From contig NW_019217842.1 of assembly GCF_002571385.2 (NCBI RefSeq), forward strand, positions 326,963 to 390,962: a stretch of 64,000 nucleotides of DNA, in the 5' to 3' direction. A program made the translations under genes and the position numbers. The notes under the pieces were generated by a model. It searched no databases, was not told the origin of the DNA, and worked only from the letters and a program-made list of their open reading frames with translations. Shown piece after piece: positions 26,901 through 38,400 of the stretch (the first letter of the stretch is position 1; every line of letters begins with the position of its first letter). The DNA is from Stylophora pistillata (lineage: Eukaryota).

Positions 26901-27249
26901 CATTGTGAATCCGAGCGCGGAACTCTTCCACACTTTTCACATTAATCGTGATCACTGACAACAATAGATAAAACTAAGCTGTTCCAAAACACACGCGATA
27001 AACTGCTGTGTAACCTACTAGATTGTCACAACTTTTTGAGTTCACCATTTCATTGCAGAAATGCGGAATAGCATTAAGTTTATCTCGCATTCGTGGAGCA
27101 GAAAGGACAAAACATATTACTGTGACGAGTAGAAGAAACAGTGTGTAATTCACGCGGGTTATAGTCGCTCTTTGATGTCCCCTGCATGCACAGCACAAGG
27201 AGCATACGCCCTGATCACCATTCGGGTCATCCTTAGAATTGTCTTTCAT
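23982..27249 (-). CDS. SERINC: Serine incorporator (SERINC/TMS1 family) paralog A, 5 exons (27249-26868, 26459-26267, 26161-25965, 25546-25328, 24685-23982), with one in-frame TAG at 26976-26974; possible pseudogene or null allele
   Basis: Motifs [73 protein letters not shown]. All four introns are GT-AG and keep frame over 565 codons; only codon 92 is a stop. Confidence 0.88.
25075..25200 (-). mobile_element. SINE fragment (tRNA head on minus strand)
   Basis: Reverse complement reads TTGGTTAGCGCGCTGGAC...CTGGGTTCGAGACCTTG...TGTGTTCTTGGGTAAGACACTTTAC. Confidence 0.6.
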
Positions 27250-28672
27250 GTTATTTGCTGCGTTGAAATCTTTTTCATCTTACCACACTTAAGGGAAAGT
27301 TGTGTTTATGTTCATGTCTGGTGGCACAATTGTGTCGGTATAACGTCACGCAATAAAAGTGTTTTCAGCGGGAAAATGTGGCATGAGAAATTAGGTACAA
27401 ATCTGCATGGTAACTTTCCAAATTGATGAAAAGAACTGGTTGTTCGTTTTTTCATACATAGATTTCTCAGGAATTTGTCGTAAAGAGATTATAAACATTT
27501 CTTCAACTACTAAGGTTATGACCCTTGTGAAAATTAGTCGCGATTTCGGTACCTAATGACATAGTTCAACGATCCTTTTATGACATAAAAGGGGAATACT
27601 TTGGGCCTAGAATTTGGCTCAACGTTCTCTGTTGTTCTTCGGTTGGTAAAGTATCGCACCACGAAATTAGACAGCCTGTATCCTGTAACAGATTCTCAGT
27701 TAATAGAGACGTGCGAAAGAATTGGTGCGCGCAAAATGGCAAGAAAACGGGCGCACAACGGTCAAGGTCGTTAGGGAAACGGTTGCATAACTTTTCACCC
27801 ATACCTCGAGCGTCCGCTTACTTGCCAATTTTCCAGGACGTTACTTTTTGCGCGCTCTTTTCCCACTCGACTTCACCGACTGATAGCCTTGAGTAACGCT
27901 TGAATCATCACGTGAACTCAGATTTTTTACTTCGTCCTTCGCTCGAGACATACAATAAACGTCTTTTCTTATTCCACGACTGCACTCAAAATTTATCCAT
28001 TCAAGAAGCTTTATTCGTTATCGATTCTATTAGTATACTGGAACTATCTTACATAAGGGCTCATAGCCCGGCTCAGCCAACGAGCCCTCTCACTTGGAAA
28101 AGGATCCGTCTGCAACTTCACAGCTGCTGCTTTGGGTTTCAATGCTTCAATGCTTGAGTATGATTGACTTGGATTGTTTTTTTCTCCAACACTCATGAAA
28201 AAATGAAAACACATCATTCTTTTCGATAGAGAACTACTTTGTTCGTGGTCCACAAGACACATTGAATTACTGCAAGCCGTGCTCAACTCATCAACTGAAA
28301 ATGAATTCGCAGGTACCCGCATTGTGTCTAAGTTAAAATTAATAAATTCAGCTTAACTTTTTTTGAGAGAAGAAATGTCAACTAGCTTTTTGATGCCTAG
28401 CTTTTGAATACTGCGAACTAATAGGGATGTTGAAAGGGTATCACCAAACGAAATAAACAAATTATTCGAAAAATTATTATTGCAATTTGACTTTTACCTC
28501 TTTTTTCTATCCAGTGTGAGTGATAGCGTTACGTGCGGTTTGGAGTTTCACCATGGCCCTTTCCTAGTTTCTAACAGTACCAGCGTATTTTTCGTATTTT
28601 CCCCCGCCATGCGCTAACGGTTCATCGATCAAGGCCCAAGAGGAGAAGGACATAAGAGAAAGGTTATTTAAT

Positions 28673-29050
28673 AAATGGTAAACACCACAGCGTACACTAT
28701 TGAGTTATGGATGCACGCAGGAGGTTGCTAAGCACGAAAGAAGCGTAAGAGTCGCGCGAGGCGATAGCCGAGAGCGACTCTAGCTTCTTGAGTGCTTAGC
28801 AAACCTCCCAAGTGCATCCATAACTCAATAGTATACGCTGTGGTGTTTACCATTTGTTTTATAACATAACATTGATACATTGTAGCTAAAGAGTTCCCTT
28901 TTATTTAAAAAAATCTTCGCGACCAGAAAAAAACAAGCGCGCGCGGAAAATAGTCTTTGCATTTGCTCACGTCAGCAGCGTACACCCATGGGCAAATAGG
29001 GGACGCTAAATTGACCAATCAGAGCGCGCGCTTTACTTAAGTTATGTTAT
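28673..29050. mobile_element. Palindromic non-autonomous element between the SERINC genes
   Basis: ~180-nt hairpin 28673-28855 centred on CGAGGCGATAGCCGAG, followed by a tail containing CCAATCAGAGCGCGCG. Confidence 0.7.
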
Positions 29051-29724
29051 AAAATCGTTTGGCTTTATCAATGAATCAGTTATATTAAGGAATTAAATAA
29101 GGATTGGCCAGCGGATAACCTGAATTGATTTCATCATTATTTGATGGCACTAGAGAGCTGTTTCATTTGCAATCAAATATAAGGACAGTAGAGGACAATT
29201 ATATAAAATATAAACAGCATAAAAGACAAAGAAGCCCTACGATTAAATATCTTTTTTTAATTTTTCATCTTTTGGTTTCACTGAAATCTCAGCGATGGCA
29301 TTTTATTTTTGTGTATGAATATATGTTTGATACAAATTCTTAAAAAAAAATTTCGTTTATAATACAAAACAAAGTAAAAAGTGAGGGAAAGCGATGAAGT
29401 GGAAATCTAGTGAACTGTATTGAAATTTACATAGTGGTATATAGAAAAAAATCACGAGCATACTTTGTTTAAAGTAGCTATACATGCAAGGCTGCTTTTG
29501 ATTCTCACTCTTAGTGGCTGCTGAAGGAAAACAGAAAGAACAAAGGCTTTTGATCTAAAATGTTTCCTGATTTTTTTTCAAAACTATTCCTTGAGAACGG
29601 AAAGCACTTTTAGAGGTATTAGATTTCACCCCAGCTTCCAGTCGAAAACTTTTTCTTTACCACCCAATACAGAGTTATGACTCGAATCTATTCATATTGG
29701 GTATGACGAACAGACACTAAAATG

Positions 29725-31800
29725 CTATCCTCTTTTCGTAACGTTTTCTGTTCTTGGAATAGTAACCTCACCCGTTTCCTGTATTGATAAAATTTTATGC
29801 TGGATTTTAACGATTTTCGCCTGAAATCTAAGAATTCTTTCTTGTAGTCTGAGAATTTCCTTGGAAACCTCAGGCTCTTTGACGCTGTTGCTGAAAACGC
29901 TTTCTTGCGTAATTTTCTCGAACGGATGGTCTATTTGTATTCGCACTGGCAGAGATGGATTGGGAACCCTTATTTGTTCTTCCGAAGTTCTGTCAGAGGA
30001 GCATGATCCTTTCCGATCATTCATCGAAGCATTGCGCGAAAGTGAACTCTCAGCCAACGAAGTTGGTATGAGTTTGGGTTTATCTTTTTGTTTTTCAAAA
30101 GTTCTATCACTAACACTGCTGCCACGATTTTTATCACTCGAACAAAGAGGGTCAGTGTCACTTTGGTGTTCTGTTTTGGCTTTAGCCTCTGCTTTACTTG
30201 CCTCGCTCACACCAACATCTGTTTCATCACCTTCATTACTTTTCATCGCCTGTTGCAGTCTCCTTTTCCTAGCTTGCCTGCTTTGATCAAGCTCTCGTTT
30301 GTCTCTATTCCTATCAACCATGGCTTCAGATGTTTTCAATATTTCTTTGGCCTTCATGAAATCGTCTCTAAGCCGAGCAGCGCTAGCTCTCCTTGCGCTG
30401 GGTTGTCTGGCGGGTTCAAAATCCAACCCCAGATAATGGCCCCACGTCCTTCGTATTAAAGGCGCTACCAAAGTCCATATATACACCAGACAACAAATAT
30501 AACTCGATGCCATTTGCACCCAGACCGCTGCCCAATTCTTTATCATTTTCTTAAAATCAACGTTTTCATCTGGACTGTGCCAGTTGGTCATCACCATCAT
30601 GACATGTAAAGATGCTAAGAACAGAACAAAGTGAAAGAAAGAGTAACTATACGCAACGTCTTCGCTTTCAAGTTCTTCGGCTCCTTTAACATCCTCGTTA
30701 GAGACTTTATCTTGTTGTCGGCCCTACGTGTTTATTTCGGCGCTTTTTCGCAAGTATTCGGGGTTGTCAGATAAGGAGAGTCCCAGTTTCCCTAGCTGTG
30801 AAGTGCTAGCACGGACAGTGCACGCAAACGTTAATAAGGCAAACATCAAAAGCGCGCCAAATATCGCTTGTCCGTTCACACCAGAAACCTTGTCATATTC
30901 CAGTATGACTGCGCCAAGTGGATTGCATTTTGAGTCTGGTTGAGACGAAAGGGTATTCCATGTAAGATACATGGTGTATATTGTAATGACTGAAGACTGC
31001 AGGAGACCAGCTCCCGTCGTTTCTTCCTGTATTCGGGGAAGCACAGAAATGATTGTAGCCAGCGCACAATGCCCCACGTTAAAACTGATATAAAAAGTGT
31101 TTGCTTTGCATTGTGATATATCGTCCGGGTTGGTGAAGAAAAGATAAAACATCACAGCCGCCGTGACAGAAATAGAATACACTAAAGCGGTTGAAAAGGC
31201 CAGCGAGAAATACCAACATTTCGTGTCCAGCGTGTCCATTTTCTCTGCCCAAGATACACTCCACGAGTGACCAAAGTCAATGACAAGAATTATTTGAATG
31301 AGGATGAACATAAATCCACCTGTAAGTCCAATATACATCCATATCTTGCTGATGAGTTCTGAACTCGGTAGATAGAATACGAATCCTATTATCAAAACCA
31401 TCAGGGAGAGTTTGATGTACCAGAAACCATTGTGAATCCTTGCGCGAAACTTTTTCCTAGAGTGAACGTTGTAAGTGAGGAATGAAAATAATAGAAAAAA
31501 CATAGACATGGCGATTGAAACTCTGTAAACTGCTCCGTAGCCAACGAAGTTGTCGCAAGTTTGTTTAGATGCGAGTTTCGTGCAGAGGAACGGAATTTTG
31601 TCCAGATATACTCGCATATTCGGTGAGAGCATTACAAGGCAAAGAACTGTACCAAGGAGAAGAAACAGGGTGAAGTATAGCCTCGATCTGATACCACCGA
31701 CTTTCTTTTTACAAAATAAACTGCACGCTGCTGAGCCCGCGCAACAAGCGACTTCACTCGCAACTTCCGCTACGCCCAGAGTCTGTAGAGCTGCTCCCAT
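29725..31800 (-). CDS. SERINC: Serine incorporator (SERINC/TMS1 family) paralog B, intronless CDS of 692 codons with one in-frame TAG at 30726-30724
   Basis: ORFs 30724-31851 and 29725-30600 are in the same frame. The sequence after the TAG encodes GRQQDK...EDVAYSYSFFHFVLFLASLHVMMVMTNWHSP, the canonical SERINC C-terminal transmembrane block. The N-terminus MGAAL...ACCAGSAACSLFC is typical. Confidence 0.9.
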
Positions 31801-33583
31801 AGAAACCCATAAAGAACTCTGGGATAGGTTGAACAATAAACAAAGGATCACTCAGAACCATTCAACTATGCCAGGCCTTTCTAGGTGTTCAACTCCAGCA
31901 CAAAACCTTGCGTTTTGCCTTTTATCTAAAATAAAATCAAGCTGCTGTTTCCCTCTTGCTATGAAGAGACCACGAATCCTGATTAGAACGGCTGTGCAGT
32001 AGGAAAAATTTTCAGTTCGTTCTTGTGTTCTTAGGGTTGTCACTCTTTGTATTGTTTACGATGCGTTGTAAGCAATGTTGTGTTAGCTAGCTCTTCTTAG
32101 GTAGCAATATTCAGAAAAGATCTTCCTTCAATAATTTTTCAAACAAATGCTCGAGAAAAGAATTGAGCTCGTTTTCTCTAAAACCACACGAATGAACGAT
32201 TAGCTATCGGTCGATTTAGTTTGTTCAACAGATGAATGATCAATCGACAATCCATCGCCAGTAACGATTGCCGTCCATACTCCATATACTCCACATAACT
32301 AAAACGAGGTTCAGTGCAAAGTAAAAGGTATGTTTCTTCCTAAGTGAAGTTCAAAATTCGATGTGGTAGATGCTGAAACTCACGATCAAATTGCCAGCTC
32401 CTCTGCGGAAACGCCTTGAAATTGCGTAGTTTGGTAATGAACGAAATTACTGATCAATCGCGCGTAAAATTCACCTCAGAAAACACCGTCTTCCAATAGA
32501 CGAGATCTCCAACTGGCGTGTGATTCGAACGAAGACAATTTTGATCTTTTAACTGCTCCTTTTTTTGGATAAATCTTGGATATAGCCCACGACCATCCAG
32601 AACTTTTCACTTTTTTCTCCCGAGCTACTTGTTGCATGGAGTGTATTGTTATTTTTGGTCGTGACAGGATTGAAACCAAATTACGCCACCAGTCAGCAGG
32701 TGAAAGAGTCAATAACCGGCCGCTTGAGTCTGCCATACAGGCCTACTGAGGACAGCGTAGAGTTTTAGAGGCAAAGCTCTAGAGGCGCCAAATCGAAAAA
32801 TTTTTAGTCTTTGTGATTAGCGATTCCTCTAAATTGAATTACAGCTCTTCCTGTGGCCTTCGTATGTAATTTCTCATTTTTCCGCAATAAGAATCCAACA
32901 ATAAAATAAGGTTGTTCGAACAAATGTAGTGAGAAAGAATTTTTTGAAATGGTTCGAAGTCAAAGCGAGCGAAGTGACCGATTATATTCCTTTAGAACAA
33001 AATGCCAACTAGATCAGGTGGTAAATCTCAAAACACAAATTCCATTACGGTGGCTAATACATTGTATTTTCGAAACTTTTACGCTGTTAGTCTAAACGAA
33101 CAAGACAATATCGTGTAACTTTTGAAATTGCAGCTACCTAAACTTAAGAAACACAAGGTTTACAAGAGAACTTTTTTCTTTAATAATTCAGATTTCTGCT
33201 GGTGCTTTGTGATTATCTACAGTTTAATAAAAATCATTTACATAGCCTTTACTTTTACTCTACTTTGCAAAGAGTTGGAAATGATGTTTGAGTAATAATA
33301 GTGTAACCTGATAATGGGCAACATTAACATGTCTAGCCATTGACGGATGAAGGCTTTTATTTGTTACAAGGAAAAAGAAAATACAAACAAACAAACCGTG
33401 GAGACAAAGCTAAAAAACGTCCATGTGTATCGTGAAACAACGTTAACATAGCGGCTTGTGGCTAAATTTCTGAACCTGAACGTTCTACCCCTGTTTCCAA
33501 ACTAGAGAGGAGGACCTCCTTTTTTTTTTTCTGTAACCCGCGGAAGCCCTCCGTTTTTCAATTCTTTATGTTATTCCCATGAA

Positions 33584-35413
33584 CTATTTGACGAATATGT
33601 AACAGAATGCCTTGATAGATATTACTTTACTAGCTTCATCAGAATTAGAGATATATTCGTTTCCACAAGTGTTGTTAGTTCCTGAAGTGCCAAACCCAAT
33701 TTTTGTATCGGGATCGCCATTGCATGGTTCTCCGCTTCGTGCTATCAATCCAATTCGAGCTTTTGCACCATCTCTGGAGTTCTCTTGTTCGACGTTAAAA
33801 CCACCTTTTCTGCTGTTTGAACAGTTCTGAAGGAACAAGAAAAATACTTTTTGAACACTTGTCTTTTCATAACCCTAATTAGAATAATAAGAGAGGATAG
33901 CTCAAAGGCAAAATCTAACAGTCAGGTTGGTTAGGGAGGCCCTCATCAATTGCTAATTATAGAATCAGTATATAATAAAATTAAGAAATAATATCTGAGT
34001 AATTTTTTAACAGGAAAGAGAACCGCGATTACAGCTTTAAAAAACGTTTATAAATTGTCTAGGCTACTATTCCAAACGCCCACGTACTGACATCGGCTTC
34101 CAGGCGTGAGCTCCTCTGTATTTGAATAACCTTTGTTCCGTAGTTGTGGATAGCTTTTAGATTTCCGCCCGCGGCTGTCCTGATTGACTTGAGTTTGGTG
34201 TTTTTCTCCTACATGTTCAAAGCTACTGTGCGCAGATAATCAAGATAACGTTTGTTAATTATCTTAAGCATGTATACTGAAATTAAATCTTCAATGCCCT
34301 GATTTATAGTCATCCACTTTATTTTCTCAAATAGTTCAGACGATGAAACTTCTTGAGGTTGCTTAATATCAAAAACTCAATGAACCGCATACTTCTGCAA
34401 CCTGATGCAAACCCGATCTAAAGCCCGATGAAAGTTTTTCTATGACGTCGCTCCCCGAATGACACAGAATAACCAATGATAAGTTGAATTGAAGTGTTCA
34501 GTGTTAGAAGTCCGCTTTCTAAAGCATTGAGGTCAATCTATTTTGATTACTCTTAAAAGATCGATACGTTTCAATACTTTACAGCAGATGTCGTAGACAA
34601 GTGAATTCCAAGTTGATTGTCAGTCGAGAACAAGACCGAGAAGTCTGTGATTGTCCACAGTCAACCAGTACAATGTCCTATTAACTGAACTGATATTGTG
34701 TTGAATGTTACAGTTAAATTGTCTTCTACCTACTTCTGGCATAGAAGATCCGTCAATCAATGATGTCCAGTCAGAAAAATGAATTCCTTTGAGACCCTCC
34801 CGTGAATTCCTTTGAAAAATTCCAAATAGATCATTGTTTCTATTCCAAGGTATCTTGAGCCATCTTGTGTGACCGTGAACTTTCATTCCAACACAGAGGC
34901 CCTCTGTAATATAGGCTCTCGAAAAGAAAAGAGATTTTGTTTCCTGTTTTGAAAGAAAAGGTTATATTGAAGTTATCTTCAGCGTGAGAGAGAGAAAGAG
35001 AGAGAAAGTTTTTGATCGAAGGCCACTGATGTTAGAATGACACCTTAGAGCTTACTATCAAATTTGATTCATTTTTTTTTAAATACCTTGTCATCGAGAT
35101 CTTTAGCTTCCTCTGGTTTGTAGGCTTTCTGATTTGTCCACAACTCAGAGGAATATGAGAATGTTCCCTAGGACAAATTCTCAGATAAATTTTGGAGCTA
35201 CTTTTTCAACAAAGTAATACTACTATCTTTCATTAAAATCAGGTTTAAAAGGTAAAGTTACTGCTTTTGATAACCACTACACCTAAAAGTGTTGATCTTA
35301 TAAAGACTATAAACAAGTGTCTACCTTTCACTCTAACTGCCTAAGCTTGAGTTAGTTACTCGGTCAGTCAGTTTGCAATTTGGCTTTTCAGATGTTAGCA
35401 TTTTTGCGAGACC

Positions 35414-35449
<36 letters not shown>

Positions 35450-38400
35450 TTCTGTCAGTTGAACGTTCGTCAGTCAGTCAGACAGCCAGGTCAGTAGTCG
35501 GTCAGTTACTTATTTCGTTCGGCTGATCAACGATCTGATTGACTAACTGTCAGCCGTATGTCTATCAGCCAATCAGATCGTTGATCAGCCGAACGAAATA
35601 AGTAACTGAGACCGTTCGCACTTTTTACATGATGATCAGTCAGATAGCCAGGCTTCATTCCCGTAAATTGTGCATTATTACTACACTAAAGTAATTTTCA
35701 TCTGCTTTTCGTGAGTAAACTAGGAATACATTGGTTTTACTTCTATATTATCTATGATTGATCAAGAAAACTCCCTCAGTCTCTCAACCAAACAGATGCA
35801 ATACGAAACCAGTGACGCGTTTCCTCGCACTTCAAACAGTTCGTTGCTGGATGTCTGCAGTTCTTGCTGGCTCATTCTCATTGGTGATAAATCAAAGTGC
35901 ACTCCAGGTACCAAAATACCAAACAATTAGGCACTATGATTGATGCTGTTACTGTTGTCTCGAGGAGGGGGTGAGCGCAAAGTCGGGGGACGGGAGGTAG
36001 GCACAGGTGCATACAACCCGCCAGTGGAAAGAGGTCTTCCGAATTCATCTCAGCATCATAAATCAGAATTCATCTCAGCATCATAAATCAGAATTCATCT
36101 CAGCATCATAAATCAGAATTCATCTCAGCATCATAAATCAGAATTCATCTCAGCATCACAAATCAGACTTTCAAAACACTTATTTACCTTGCTTCCGTTT
36201 ATTTTCAAAGCTAGTGTCCAGCCTCCATCTCCACACTCCAAGGTATTTTCCATTTTACAATAAATCAAACTTATTTCGTCTCCTACTCTGATATGATAAG
36301 AACCGCTAGAAACAGTTCTACGAGATAAGGAAATGTGATGAAAGTAAAACTATAAAATAGTTGATGTATATGATACAACGTATCCTGGCGAGTATCCCTC
36401 AGAGGTGCGTGAAACCCCTACTATACTCTGTGTCATAAAGCCAGACCTGTTTCTGGCTATACTCCTCTCCCCCCCCCTCCCCCTCGTTTTGTCATTCGTC
36501 ACAAATCTTCCACCAGTTCGATATGGCGACCGAATATTCGCCGCGCTGAATCTCGAGCATTAAAACGCAAACTACCACCTGCAAGTAGGCTGGTTAGTCT
36601 AACAACAGATGCTTTCCGTTATTTTATGTTGTGAAGCAGTAGACTCCTCGAGCGGCCAGAGAGTTTATTTCGGTTTGTAGAAAAAGGAGGGCCAGAAATT
36701 TAAGAACATCATGAGTGCAGAAAAAACAATCTTGAAAGTCAACTTTACCCACGATAACTCACCTGTGTTAGAGAATATCCAAGCATGACTTGCCAGGATT
36801 ACTTGGATCATCTCCTAATTCTTCAAAGAAAACAATAAGAGGAAAAACAAAAGACAGATGGAAGTTAACTTGAAAAAGAAAAACCCTCATAGCTGCATGC
36901 TTTTCAGTTTTTTCTTTCTAAAACTCACTTGGTTTCCAAAAAGTGTGTTATTTTATTTTGAATTCAGCCTTTTATTTCCCGAGAAATAACATTCATCAAA
37001 GAACACGAGAGATTACTTGAAAATGAAATGATTCACTCAGCTTGCAAGTGAACTCGCTGAGAAATGAAGTAACTCAAAGATACGCAATGAGAGCGGATTT
37101 ACTTTTGATGTTAAATATGCACTTAAAACACCTATGCATCACCCTGCGCGGTAAACTCAAAGCTTTGTTTGCAGTTTTATTTCCTGAAAGGAACTCTTAG
37201 CAAAAAAAAAAAAAAAGATTTTCAGTATTCACCTGCCTTGACTTGTTTTGTAGGAACTGGCTAAAAATGCATACGAAAAAGAAAATAGAATGAGTTAAAC
37301 ACTGACTATTTCAATTAGAGATCAGTAGTCACTGAATCTTTTATTCTTTTTGCTTCAGCACAAACATTTAAATGTGTAAATTGTTGATAACAGTGTTGTG
37401 GTGTTGTCTAACCACCTTTTGCATTGGATACTTCACTATTAACATCCAATAAGATGTTAGATATTTGTACTTTTATATCTTACTCTTCCTAGACCCAGTG
37501 CGGACAATGCAACTCTGATGTCGAATCGAATTAAACAGGAGGGAAGTCCGCTATAGTGAGAGAAGTCGCCTGAATCAATTCCGCCTGGAAAAACGGCGCG
37601 TCTGAATCAATTCAATGCGTCGTAATTCCTTTAGGCTTGCCCAATTTCAGATCCTTTCGACTCAAGCGAGGAAAAGCGCTAAAATGACGTGGATATTTTT
37701 AATATCTTTACTTGACAACAATCTATTCTCTTTAACAGCATGGTTCGAATCAAAACTTTGCAAGCCAATTTCTAATTTGAGAATGCGAACAGGTCGATTG
37801 TCTCGAATTGGTAAAAGCGATTTTTCAAATAAAAAAAAACACCTGCGGTGTTTTACCTGCGTCTACTATGAATCATTGCAATAGCTATTAAATTCAAAAT
37901 AAAAAAAAAACAAAACAAAAAAACAAAAAACAGCTATCCAGTCAGTTCTAATCGGTCTTTTTCTATTCGATTTTATTCCTTCGAAATACACGATCCTCTC
38001 TACTGCGAGGATCGTGCATCATACGGAAATATACTATCTTTTTGGGTGTTATTGTCTTTTAACTTTGTTTCCACAACGATTTGTGAATAGATTCATTGCT
38101 CTTGAATAAATATTTCAATTTCCTTCATAACATCTTCCTTAAAATCTAAATATTTGTTTTTCTTTTTCTTAGCCGCTGGCAAGGTAAACATGATGTATAC
38201 CAGTTGCCACGGGTTTTGCTCAATATTACCAGGCAAATTATAAACAAGTCTTATTAAGCTGACTAAAGGTTCTATCGTTTCTAAATTGAAGCATCTGAAG
38301 TCAATGGCAAAACAAAATAAAGGTTAATGAAAAATGATATATTTGAGTTTCTTCAAACAGTGGCTTCGAAAGTGCCCATCTTCAGCGATCGAAATCTGCC

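Noticed and set aside
31852-32043. In-frame upstream ORF as an N-terminal extension of SERINC-B via TGA readthrough
   Set aside because: No SERINC-like or other recognisable sequence; MGAAL at 31800 matches the family N-terminus and is preceded by an acceptor-like site.
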